A program made the translations under genes and the position numbers. Below the pieces are notes generated by a model, which worked only from the letters and a program-made list of their open reading frames with translations, was not told where the DNA came from and searched no databases. This document shows, one piece after another, positions 8,500 to 16,774 of a stretch of DNA of 32,000 bases; positions within the stretch are counted from its first letter, which is position 1; each line of letters begins with the position of its first letter. Location: assembly GCF_001548275.1 (NCBI RefSeq), contig NZ_AP014945.1:1380001-1412000 (forward strand), given 5' to 3'. This stretch comes from Caldimicrobium thiodismutans (lineage in GTDB: Bacteria > Desulfobacterota > Thermodesulfobacteria > Thermodesulfobacteriales > Thermodesulfobacteriaceae).

Positions 8500-9756
8500 A
8501 TGGATCTTAAGCGGGAGATTAAATATCTCTTTGGGTTTGTGTTCTTTTTTGCCTTTTTTTATTTTTTTCCTGTGCCTGAGAGGATCCTTCAGGGTTTAAA
8601 GGAAGGGGCGTTACTTCTCAGCTGGTATGCTAAGGAGCATGTGCTTTTCTGTTTGATTCCTGCCTTTTTTATTGCAGGAGCCATTAGCACTTTTATTTCC
8701 AAGGAGTCCGTTCTCAAGTATCTTGGTCCGGATTCTTCCAAGGTTTTTGCCTTTCTTGTGGCTTCTATCTCCGGGACAGTGCTTGCTGTTTGTTCCTGCA
8801 CTGTTTTACCCCTTTTTGCAGGGCTTTATCTTCAGGGAGCAGGAATTGGGCCTGCAACCACTTTTCTTTATTCCGGGCCTGCTATAAATGTGCTTGCTAT
8901 TGTGCTTTCTGCCAAGGTTCTTGGCTTAAATATAGGTATTGCAAGGGCTATTGGTTCTATCTCAATGGGTATTTTAATCGGTGTGCTCATGCATTTTATT
9001 TTCCGTGAATCAGAAAAAAAGAGGCTTTCTGGATTTCAAGGTTTTCATGCTAAAAAAGGATTAAGCCTTGGAAAGGCAACCCTTTTTCTTGCAACCCTGG
9101 TTGCCATACTTCTTATTGCTACCTCGAAACTCTCTTTTAAATGGCTCCTTTTATATCTTCTTTATCTTCTTTTGCTTTATGAGATGAAGCTCTTCTTTGG
9201 GGTGGCTCTGAAAGGTTTAATTATTTCTTCCCTTCTTGTTATTCTTTCTTATTTTGCTACCCCTTATAAAGAGATCCCCTTTATCCTGGGGGTGATTTCA
9301 GTTTCCTATCTTGCCAATAAAAGTGGGGGAATCCTTACTGAGTGGTTTGACAATTCCTATATCCTTGCCAAACAGATTTTTCCCTTACTTTTCTTGGGGG
9401 TTTTCGTTTCAGGGTTTTTCCTTGGTGGTGTTGAAGGAGAAGGCTATATTCCAAAAAGATTCATTGAAGGCCTTCTTGGAGGAACAGGATTTATTACTCA
9501 TTTTCTTTCTGCAGTAATTACTGCACTTATGTATTTTGCAACTTTAACAGAAGTTCCTATTATTCAGGGGCTTATGGCTCAGGGAGTAAAGGCAGGTCCA
9601 GCCCTGAGTATGCTTCTTGCGGGACCTGCGGTTTCCCTTCCCAGTATCCTTGTGCTCAGAGCCATAATGGGAACTAAAAGAACTCTAACCTATGTATTGC
9701 TTGTGGTTTTAATTTCAGCCCTTTATGGCTATATTTATCAAATAATCTTTGGATAA
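8500..9756 (+). CDS. COG0701/DUF318-type permease (ArsP-like putative organoarsenical or metal permease)
   Basis: About 10 TM segments. Two-repeat architecture with VCSCTVLP in the first half. Typical ars-island neighbour, followed by a small thioredoxin-like protein. Confidence 0.65.
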   Translation: MDLKREIKYLFGFVFFFAFFYFFPVPERILQGLKEGALLLSWYAKEHVLFCLIPAFFIAGAISTFISKESVLKYLGPDSSKVFAFLVASISGTVLAVCSCTVLPLFAGLYLQGAGIGPATTFLYSGPAINVLAIVLSAKVLGLNIGIARAIGSISMGILIGVLMHFIFRESEKKRLSGFQGFHAKKGLSLGKATLFLATLVAILLIATSKLSFKWLLLYLLYLLLLYEMKLFFGVALKGLIISSLLVILSYFATPYKEIPFILGVISVSYLANKSGGILTEWFDNSYILAKQIFPLLFLGVFVSGFFLGGVEGEGYIPKRFIEGLLGGTGFITHFLSAVITALMYFATLTEVPIIQGLMAQGVKAGPALSMLLAGPAVSLPSILVLRAIMGTKRTLTYVLLVVLISALYGYIYQIIFG

Positions 9757-9776
9757 ATTTAAAGGGGGGTGAAGCT

Positions 9777-10016
9777 ATGAAAAGAGAGATTAAGGTGCTT
9801 GGTCCTGGCTGTCCAAAGTGTGAACTCCTTTATGAAAATGTGGTTAAGGCCCTTGATGAGCTTGGAATTCCTGCAGATCTTGTAAAGATAAAGGATTTTA
9901 TGCAGATTGCTGCCCATGGAGTGCTTACAACTCCAGGTCTTGTAATTGATGGGAAGCTTGTTTCTCAGGGGAAGGTTTTATCAGTAGAGGAAATAAAGGA
10001 ACTTTTAAAGAGTTAA
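9777..10016 (+). CDS. Small thioredoxin-fold protein (redox-active disulfide protein 2 type)
   Basis: 79 aa with KVLGPGCPKC...TPGLVIDGK. Strong SD (AAAGGGGGGTGA) upstream. Confidence 0.8.
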   Translation: MKREIKVLGPGCPKCELLYENVVKALDELGIPADLVKIKDFMQIAAHGVLTTPGLVIDGKLVSQGKVLSVEEIKELLKS

Positions 10017-10648
10017 TTTAAATTTTTTAAATAATTTGAAACCCTTTGTAAAAAGTATTCTTTAATTTCTGGCCAGAGGGGGTCAATTTCCGGGAAAGAT
10101 TCTCTTTCTCCATCCTCAAAATAGGTAAGAGCTTTGAGAAAGATGGCAGGGTTATAGTTAGAATATTTTTTCTTAAGGAAGTTAAGAAGATCTTTGAGTT
10201 CCCAGCGATGATGCCTAATTAAAAACCAGAGATCAAAGAAATCTTTTTTCGAGCCCCTTTGGGCAATGGAAATTGCTTTCATACAAGCAATATCAATGTC
10301 ACATGCTATGTAAATTTTAAGTTCAGTATGGAATTTCGGTTTTTCAAGAAGGGGGTATGGATACTGGAAAAAGGAAAATTTTATTTGATGAGAGTAAATT
10401 AAGTAAAAGAAAATAAGGGTATCCCTTTTTTTTATTAACCATTCTAAGGGTAAGTTATGAGTTTTAACATCAAAGGTTATAAGATTAATTTGATACTCAG
10501 GGAAAGTAAAGAAATCAAAATCTTCAGAGGTTCTATGAGAATATTTAATAGTAAGGGCAGTTCCCCCTGCTAAGTAAAAACCCTCAGTAAGAGAGGAGTT
10601 TACTACTTTCTCTAAAGCTTCTTTTTGAGGCCTGCTCAATTTCTTCAT
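10013..10648 (-). CDS. Nucleotidyltransferase, AbiEii/AbiGii (DUF1814) toxin family
   Basis: FYLAGGTALTIKYSHRTSEDFDFF and RGSKKDFFDLWFL match the AbiEii NTase signature as recalled. Confidence 0.75.
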   Translation of the reverse strand: MKKLSRPQKEALEKVVNSSLTEGFYLAGGTALTIKYSHRTSEDFDFFTFPEYQINLITFDVKTHNLPLEWLIKKRDTLIFFYLIYSHQIKFSFFQYPYPLLEKPKFHTELKIYIACDIDIACMKAISIAQRGSKKDFFDLWFLIRHHRWELKDLLNFLKKKYSNYNPAIFLKALTYFEDGERESFPEIDPLWPEIKEYFLQRVSNYLKNLN

Positions 10649-10853
10649 TACTCACCTCTAAAACTAAACTCCAGAAAGACCTGTTTTCTCTTTCAAATCT
10701 ATGAATATGTTTGAGAAAGAGGTTTTTAAGGAGATCTTTAGAAAAGCTTTTCAATATCCATTGAGGGTCATCATAAAGCATAGCTCTTAGGATTAACTCC
10801 TCTTCATTCTGAATTTTATCCCAGGCGAATTTTTTAAGCCTATCTTCTTTCAT
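10584..10853 (-). CDS. Small upstream partner of the NTase (putative antitoxin; not AbiEi-like)
   Basis: 89 aa with W-D...ILRAMLYDDPQW...FWSLVL. From memory it resembles the small proteins (DUF6922-like) that precede DUF1814 genes. It overlaps the toxin start by 65 nt. Confidence 0.5.
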   Translation of the reverse strand: MKEDRLKKFAWDKIQNEEELILRAMLYDDPQWILKSFSKDLLKNLFLKHIHRFERENRSFWSLVLEVSNEEIEQASKRSFRESSKLLSY

Positions 10854-10856
10854 ACC

Positions 10857-12653
10857 TTAAATAATTTCAATTCTTGTAAGAACTCCATGGAGTTTAGTTG
10901 CTGGAAGATCCAGAAATTTTACAAAATGGGGGCTCAATTGTTTAATCAGGGCATATAATTTCCAGATGGGGTGTCTGGTTTCAATATCTTCAAGGCCGTA
11001 AAAGATAGCTCTTTCGTCAATACCATGCTCTCTTAAAATATCTTCAACTCTTAAATATTCCATATAACCATAGGCAATTTCAAAAACTTTGGCTCCAGGG
11101 CATAATTCTTCAAGAAAGCCTGTGGTAATTCCATAGGGTTCATTTTTGCGAATAAGAGAAACAAAGATATTTTCTTCATAGATTATTCCATGGAAAAAGA
11201 TAGTTTCTATAACATAAGGGGGAAAGGTATAGGGATCACGAATAAAAAATAATGCGGTTCCCTGGATTTTGGGATTATGTGCATAAAACCTTCTAAATTT
11301 ATGAATGAACTCTTCACGAGATAAAAACTTCATACTCTGATAAAGCTTTTTTTGACCCTGGGTATATAGAAGAATAACAATAAAGGGGACACTTGCAAGA
11401 AGAAGTGACCAATAACCACCTTCAGAAAATTTATGAAGAGTTGAAGTAAAATAAAGGAAAGAAGTTAAAGCGGTAAAAATGGCAAGGAGAAAATATTTAT
11501 AGTTTTTCTTTATAAAAAAAACAGTAATAAGAAAGATTCCTGTTATGCACATATCTGCGGTAACTGCAAGTCCATAAGCAGAAGCAAGTTTTGCTGAACT
11601 TCCAAAGAAATACATGATATAACAAACTGCTGCATAAAAGAGCCAGTTTACTGTGCCGATATAAATCTGGGAGGCAAGCTCCCGTGAAGTATATTTAACT
11701 TTAAGAATGGGTAAAAGTCTTGCAGAAATAGCTTGATAGACAATACTAAACATGGCACTTATCATAGCTTGAGAGGCGATAATAGTTGCAAAAAGGGTAA
11801 GAATAAGAAAAGGCACATACAGGTAGGAAACAAGTTTAAGACACATCTCAAAAAGAACAAATTTGGCCTGGGGATTTAAAATAAGAAAGGCACCCTGACC
11901 AAAATAGTTAATTATTAAGGCTATAAAAACAAGTTTCCAGGCCTGTTTAATAGGCCTTGCCCCGAGATGCCCCATATCTGCATACATGGCCTCGGACCCT
12001 GTAGCACAGAGAATAATCTCACCAAGAGCCAAATATCCCTTCCAGCCATTCTCTTGAAGAAATTTAATTCCATAAAGGGGATTTATAGCTTTAAGAACTT
12101 CAGGAACTTTTAAAATATAAAAAAATCCAAGAAGAAAAAGACTTAAAAACCAGAGGCACATTACAGGACCAAAGGCACCGGAGACCTTTTCAGTTCCTTT
12201 GGCTTGAAAGGAAAAAAGTAAAGTTGCAATAAAGATACTTATAATTACAATATGTAACTCAGTTAAATGAGGAACCCCAGGGATTAAGGAAATTCCTTCA
12301 ACTGCACTGAGGATACTTATGGCAGGTGTTATAACACCATCTCCCATTAAAAGAGCAATACCAAGAAAATTGAGGAAAATAATCATTCCCAAAGCCCTTT
12401 TTGATTTTATAAGTGATCTTAAGATCTCTGAAAGAATTAAGGTTCCTCCCTCACCCCTCAAGCTTAAACTCATGGCAAGAACGGTATATTGAAGGGTAGG
12501 AAGAATAATAAGGGTCCAGAATATAATAGAGAGAACTCCCAGGATATTTTCATGAGTTGCAGGAAGAAGAAGGAAAACAACACTTAAGGTATAAATAGGG
12601 CTTGTTCCAATGTCTCCAAAAACGAGCCCAAGGGCCTTAATAATTTTTTGCAT
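10857..12653 (-). CDS. kup: KUP/HAK/KT-family potassium uptake transporter
   Basis: N-terminal GLVFGDIGTSPIYT motif, about 12 TM segments and a C-terminal cytoplasmic domain. Confidence 0.9.
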   Translation of the reverse strand: MQKIIKALGLVFGDIGTSPIYTLSVVFLLLPATHENILGVLSIIFWTLIILPTLQYTVLAMSLSLRGEGGTLILSEILRSLIKSKRALGMIIFLNFLGIALLMGDGVITPAISILSAVEGISLIPGVPHLTELHIVIISIFIATLLFSFQAKGTEKVSGAFGPVMCLWFLSLFLLGFFYILKVPEVLKAINPLYGIKFLQENGWKGYLALGEIILCATGSEAMYADMGHLGARPIKQAWKLVFIALIINYFGQGAFLILNPQAKFVLFEMCLKLVSYLYVPFLILTLFATIIASQAMISAMFSIVYQAISARLLPILKVKYTSRELASQIYIGTVNWLFYAAVCYIMYFFGSSAKLASAYGLAVTADMCITGIFLITVFFIKKNYKYFLLAIFTALTSFLYFTSTLHKFSEGGYWSLLLASVPFIVILLYTQGQKKLYQSMKFLSREEFIHKFRRFYAHNPKIQGTALFFIRDPYTFPPYVIETIFFHGIIYEENIFVSLIRKNEPYGITTGFLEELCPGAKVFEIAYGYMEYLRVEDILREHGIDERAIFYGLEDIETRHPIWKLYALIKQLSPHFVKFLDLPATKLHGVLTRIEII

Positions 12654-12696
12654 AGCCCTTATTTTAATACTTATTAAGGAATTTTTAAGCCCCGAA

Positions 12697-12750
12697 TTGC
12701 CTCATTAAAAATCTATTTAAAATTTTATCGTTGCCTCATATAAAAAATCT
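12697..12750 (+). repeat. Direct repeat TTGCCTCAT(N)AAAAATCT x2 (period 34 nt) upstream of kup
   Basis: 12697-12713 reads ttgcctcattaaaaatct and 12731-12750 reads ttgcctcatataaaaaatct. A 7-bp palindrome tctaaat/atttaga follows at 12751-12767. Confidence 0.6.
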
Positions 12751-13041
12751 TCTAAATCCAATTTAGATCTTCTATTTAACCTTCGCAAAAAAACTATCTA
12801 TTTCACCCTTCTTAAATTTACAAGCTTAGTTCTTTAGCAAAGCTTATTTCAAAGGAAAGAGTGGGTGGAAAGGTAAAGGAGCTTTGCAGAAAGATAAGGA
12901 GATATCAGAAAATGCTTGAGAAAGCCTATTTAGAGAAAAGAGGGAATTATTTTCTGGGATAAAATTGACAATAAAAAGGTGAGGAAGGTAAAATAATTTC
13001 CTTTAGAAAATTAAAGGAGGCATTACGGCCTGAATTTGATT

Positions 13042-13779
13042 TTAAACCTGGAAAAGGGCTTTTATTTCAGAAGGCTTATAAACCTTTATGGTGTTTCCAT
13101 CAAACATGAGCTGTTCAGGAAGGGCTCTTTCCACAAAGGATAGGGCTTGATTTATCGTTCCCTCAAGGACTTTTAAATCAATAGCTTCTTTAAAAAAACT
13201 TAGAGCCCAAAGAGAATAGAAGACAACTAAGGGATCTACTGAGGTCAAATGGTAAATAACATGTTCATGGGCTGAGATCTTTATAAGATCTTTCAGGTAT
13301 TTCTGGGAAAGCCTTCCCACTCCCCAGATTATGCCTCTTTGAGCTGGTGGATACTCAAGATAGTTTCCTTCAGGCCAGATATAGGAGACATAGATCTGCA
13401 GGTATTCTCTTTTTAGGGCTTCAGAGTTATAAAGGGCTTCAGCAAAGGCCTCTCCAACTCCCCATGCCATCCCGCCTGATTCTTCATTAAGCATCCATAT
13501 TAGTCTTCTTATAACAATGCGTGCCCTTTCTAAATCAAGTTCTCCAATCTGAGCCACTGTGAATCCAAAGGCATAAATGGCCTTCCAGCGAATTTCTTCC
13601 TTTGGATGCAAAAAAGCCCCAATCAAAAAGCTTACCCTTTTTCCAGGGGGATAGGGCCTGAGGGCTTCTTTTAGCTCCTCAAGCCCGGTATTTTCAAGGA
13701 TTGACCAGATCTTCCCTTTTAAATAACCCTCGCTAAGCAGAACAAAGCTCCTTAACTCTCTTAGCAACTGCTCTTCCAA
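13042..13779 (-). CDS. Uncharacterised all-helical protein (possible HEAT/ARM-like repeats), last gene of the oxygen-defence operon
   Basis: 245-aa ORF, co-oriented with the flavodiiron gene and overlapping it by 47 nt. Start uncertain (TTG 13779 or 13767). No motif recognised. Confidence 0.5.
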   Translation of the reverse strand: MEEQLLRELRSFVLLSEGYLKGKIWSILENTGLEELKEALRPYPPGKRVSFLIGAFLHPKEEIRWKAIYAFGFTVAQIGELDLERARIVIRRLIWMLNEESGGMAWGVGEAFAEALYNSEALKREYLQIYVSYIWPEGNYLEYPPAQRGIIWGVGRLSQKYLKDLIKISAHEHVIYHLTSVDPLVVFYSLWALSFFKEAIDLKVLEGTINQALSFVERALPEQLMFDGNTIKVYKPSEIKALFQV

Positions 13780-14932
13780 GCTCTACACATTCGGAAAGAA
13801 CCTTTTCATCAGGCACATATTTTACCCGGATCCCTTCATGAGCAATTTCAGCTTGAATCTCTTGAAGATATTGATTGAGGAGCTTTACGGCTTCTCCACT
13901 CCAGCCATAAGATCCAAAGGAAGCTCCAACCTTTCCTCTTGGTCTAAGACCTTTCATATAGGTTAAAAAGCCTGAAACTGTGGGCAAAAAACCGTTATTT
14001 AAGGTGGGAGAACCAAGTATCAGGCCCCTTGCCTCAAGAACATCAGCCATAAGCTCTGTCCAGTCTGTAACAGAAAGTTTACACATCTTTACAGGAACTC
14101 CCTCTTCAAGGACTCCCTCCATAACTGCATAAGCCATTTTTTCCGTGCTTTTCCACATAGTATCATAAAGGATTAAAACCCTTGGATCACAGGTATAAGA
14201 GCTCCATCTCTCATAAAGGGAGACAATTTTTTCAGGATGTTTTCTCCAGATTACTCCATGGTCTGGGCAGATCATTTCAATCTGAAGATTCATCTCTTTT
14301 ACTGTCTTTAAAAGTTTATTCACCTGGGGAGAATAGGGATAAACAATATTGGCATAATACTTACGAGCCTCCTGAATAAGCTCACACAAATCAACCTCAT
14401 CATCAAATCTTCCGCTTGATGCATAATGGGCTCCAAAGGCATCCTGGGAGACAAGGATGCGCTCTTCAGGAATATAGGTCATCATGCTATCTGGCCAGTG
14501 AATCATAGGTGTTTCAAGAAAGGTAAGAGATCTTTTTCCCACCTTCACAGTGGTTCCTGTTTTAACCTCTTCAAAGGGATAGTTTTCTTTATGAAAATGG
14601 GCAAGAATTCCCTGTCTTGCATTTTTGGTTAAAAAAATCTTTTCAGGCTTTATAACCTCAACAATCTTTGCAAAGCCTCCAGCATGATCCGGTTCAATGT
14701 GATTTACCACAAGATAGTCAATTTTTTGAGGATCAATAACTGAGCTTACTCTTTTTAATAATTCCTCTTCAAATCCGTGTTTAACAGTGTCAAAGAGAAC
14801 AATCTTTTCATCAATCAGTAAATAGGCATTATAAGTGGTGCCTCTAAAGGTAGAATACCCGTGAAAATTTCTCACATTCCAGTCAATAGCACCAACCCAG
14901 TAAAAATCCTCTTTAACCTTTACTGCTTTCAT
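13733..14932 (-). CDS. roo: Flavodiiron protein (rubredoxin:oxygen oxidoreductase / FprA class A)
   Basis: Metallo-beta-lactamase-like diiron motif VVNHIEPDHAG plus a C-terminal flavodoxin domain (GSPTLNNG, FGSYGWSGEA). Collinear with Desulfovibrio gigas ROO as recalled. Confidence 0.9.
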   Translation of the reverse strand: MKAVKVKEDFYWVGAIDWNVRNFHGYSTFRGTTYNAYLLIDEKIVLFDTVKHGFEEELLKRVSSVIDPQKIDYLVVNHIEPDHAGGFAKIVEVIKPEKIFLTKNARQGILAHFHKENYPFEEVKTGTTVKVGKRSLTFLETPMIHWPDSMMTYIPEERILVSQDAFGAHYASSGRFDDEVDLCELIQEARKYYANIVYPYSPQVNKLLKTVKEMNLQIEMICPDHGVIWRKHPEKIVSLYERWSSYTCDPRVLILYDTMWKSTEKMAYAVMEGVLEEGVPVKMCKLSVTDWTELMADVLEARGLILGSPTLNNGFLPTVSGFLTYMKGLRPRGKVGASFGSYGWSGEAVKLLNQYLQEIQAEIAHEGIRVKYVPDEKVLSECVELGRAVAKRVKELCSA

Positions 14933-14944
14933 ACCCCCTCCTTT

Positions 14945-15292
14945 TTAGAAGGTAATGATTTGATACCCTTCCTTTAAAAAAGGCCCCATTCCTGCATGAT
15001 TAGCCATATCATCAAGAATCTTTAACCCCTTCTCAAGGGCAAGTTCATAAGTTCCAAATTTTTGAGAACAGGCTTTACAAATTCCTGCGATAAGATCCCT
15101 TTCCAAACATTGCCTGTAAAGTATGTTTAAAGCTGATCCCTCTTCGTATAATTCGGAAAGAAGCTTGGTTGCCTCTCCTTCAATAATAACTTTAACCTCA
15201 AATCCCAGATTATTAATATTTAAGGCATTAAGTAAGACATGAATAAAACACATTGGTTCACCACGAAAGGCAAAAAGAGCATATTTGGACAT
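14945..15292 (-). CDS. Small DsrE/COG2044-like protein (function unknown)
   Basis: 115 aa. Has a beta-alpha-beta start (YALFAFRGEP..FIHVLLNA...GFEVKVIIEGEA) and a conserved Cys pair (CKAC). Strong SD. Confidence 0.4.
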   Translation of the reverse strand: MSKYALFAFRGEPMCFIHVLLNALNINNLGFEVKVIIEGEATKLLSELYEEGSALNILYRQCLERDLIAGICKACSQKFGTYELALEKGLKILDDMANHAGMGPFLKEGYQIITF

Positions 15293-15322
15293 CGTGCCCT
15301 CCCTCTAAAATTAGAAATCAAT

Positions 15323-15344
15323 GGGATAGGCCTGAGCCTATCCC
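15323..15344 (-). other. Perfect 9-bp stem / 4-nt loop hairpin between rubredoxin and the DsrE-like gene
   Basis: gggataggc ctga gcctatccc. On the transcript it is followed by a partly U-rich stretch (auugauuucuaauuuu). Confidence 0.5.
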
Positions 15345-15362
15345 CGTAATAGATTTAAAACC

Positions 15363-15524
15363 TTAATCTTCTGGGCTGAAATCCTCTTTTGAGGCTCCAC
15401 AAACAGGGCAAGTCCAGGAATCTGGTAATTTCTCAAAGGGTGTGCCAGGTGGTATATTCTGGCTTGGATCTCCTGTCTCAGGATCATAAACATAACCACA
15501 GACATTACACTTGTATTTTTTCAT
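15363..15524 (-). CDS. rub: Rubredoxin (53 aa), absent from the supplied ORF track
   Basis: Hand translation: [53 protein letters not shown]. Two CxxCG knuckles. SD GAGGAGG lies 5 nt upstream. Confidence 0.95.
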   Translation of the reverse strand: MKKYKCNVCGYVYDPETGDPSQNIPPGTPFEKLPDSWTCPVCGASKEDFSPED

Positions 15525-15548
15525 AGGTTCCTCCTCTTTTTTAAAATT

Positions 15549-15953
15549 TTATTTCTCAGAGGGTTCGCAAACCTGGGCTCCTTCCCAATAGGCATGGAGA
15601 TTACACCATTCCTTGGCAAGCACCCTGTTTGCCTTCACTGTAAATTCTGCCTCAGGGGCATCTCCAGGTTTTAAAAATTTAATATAAACTCTGTCTCCAT
15701 CAGCATGAAGCTCAATCCACTCAATATAATGCTCTTCTGTCATAGGATGAGGGACACTTCCCACCTTGACCTTATAAACATCTCCATGCTTTTCAATTAC
15801 AGGAACATGCTTTTCCAAGGCCGCATCAACTGTTCCAGGTTTCTGAAGCTCCATAGGTTTATTACAGCAAACAAGCTGACCTTTTCCTCCATGCATAACA
15901 AGCACAATGTTTCCACAAACCTGACACTTGTAAAGTTCTAACCTTTCTGCCAT
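15549..15953 (-). CDS. dfx: Desulfoferrodoxin (2Fe superoxide reductase)
   Basis: N-terminal desulforedoxin-like YKCQVCGN...LVCCNKPM and a C-terminal SOR domain ([28 protein letters not shown]). Confidence 0.9.
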   Translation of the reverse strand: MAERLELYKCQVCGNIVLVMHGGKGQLVCCNKPMELQKPGTVDAALEKHVPVIEKHGDVYKVKVGSVPHPMTEEHYIEWIELHADGDRVYIKFLKPGDAPEAEFTVKANRVLAKEWCNLHAYWEGAQVCEPSEK

Positions 15954-15981
15954 GGCGCACCTCCTTTATGGATTTTTAATT

Positions 15982-16010
15982 ATAATAAGTCTAAAGAAAA
16001 AAATTTTCAA
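15982..16010 (-). promoter_or_regulatory. Putative promoter of the dfx-rub-roo operon (-35 TTGAAA, 17 nt spacer, -10 TATTAT)
   Basis: The minus strand reads TTGAAA atttttttctttagact TATTAT about 25 nt upstream of the SD AAAGGAGG. Confidence 0.45.
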
Positions 16011-16073
16011 GTTTTTTGCAAAAATTATCACTAATTCTTTAAAATGTTTATCGGTTTTTTAACAAAAAAGCCT

Positions 16074-16493
16074 TTAAAGGGAGGAATAAATGTCTTTTAG
16101 TTCCTTTAACAGATCTTTAAGGAGAGTTTTAAAATACTGCTCTTCTTTCTTAGGAGCATCCTGATGGTGCTTAGATAAATTACCTTCAGGAATTTCTAAA
16201 TTAGGGAAAAGTGAGGGGGTATAGGCCTCTTCTTTTTTAATCTCCCTTTTGGGTTGAAAAATTTTTTTGCGAGCACCTTCTAAGGAATAGCCCTCATCTA
16301 ACAATTTTTTCAGTTGAAGCAGAAGTTCCAGTTGTTCTTTTTTATAAAAATTTCTTTTACCAATTTTATAGGGTTTAATTTCTGGGAAACGCTTCTCCCA
16401 ATAATCAATGATATGAGGCTTTACATTGAGGATTTTACAAACTTCTTTGAGAGGCAAATATAGGGGATCATATTTTTTATTTACCCTTTTCAT
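16074..16493 (-). CDS. MerR-family HTH transcriptional regulator
   Basis: LPLKEVCKILNVKPHIIDYWEKRF...R..Y fits a MerR N-terminal HTH. The position after ihfA is conserved. Confidence 0.7.
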   Translation of the reverse strand: MKRVNKKYDPLYLPLKEVCKILNVKPHIIDYWEKRFPEIKPYKIGKRNFYKKEQLELLLQLKKLLDEGYSLEGARKKIFQPKREIKKEEAYTPSLFPNLEIPEGNLSKHHQDAPKKEEQYFKTLLKDLLKELKDIYSSL

Positions 16494-16773
16494 TATGGAG
16501 CTCAGCTCTTAAGGTTGGAGAGAGGTGAAAGAGCACCTTTTTAAAAGAAGGTATAGCAACTCTTTCACCGGTTTTTAAATTTCTACCCTGCCGAGGTCTG
16601 GTATAGACAGGAATAAAAGTTCCAAAGCCCGAGATCTTAATCTCTTCCGAGAGGTCGAATGCTTTTTTCATCTCCTCAAGCAAGGTCTCCACAATCTGGG
16701 AAAGCATTCTCTGGGATAGGCCTGTTCTTTCATGTAATTCTCGGAGAATTTCTTTGCGCGTAAGTTTTCCCAT
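16477..16773 (-). CDS. ihfA: Integration host factor alpha subunit (HU/IHF family)
   Basis: LTRKEI...GLSQR..., ISGFGTF, RQGRNLKTGE..IP are IHF/HU signatures. It lies directly after pheT. Confidence 0.85.
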   Translation of the reverse strand: MGKLTRKEILRELHERTGLSQRMLSQIVETLLEEMKKAFDLSEEIKISGFGTFIPVYTRPRQGRNLKTGERVAIPSFKKVLFHLSPTLRAELHNEKGK

Positions 16774-16774
16774 C

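Noticed and set aside
10584-10648. The 65-nt overlap between the small partner ORF and the NTase, as evidence for a frameshifted single gene.
   Set aside because: The NTase N-terminus (MKKLSRPQKEAL...FYLAGGTAL) looks complete. The partner's conserved part ends before the overlap, so two genes with an overlapping tail is the simpler reading.
12654-12900. A c-di-AMP (ydaO/kimA-type) or other riboswitch in the long kup leader.
   Set aside because: Reading the minus strand, I could not find the conserved pseudo-symmetric ACGGGGA/CCCA-type cores or any convincing multi-stem structure. This needs an Infernal scan to settle.
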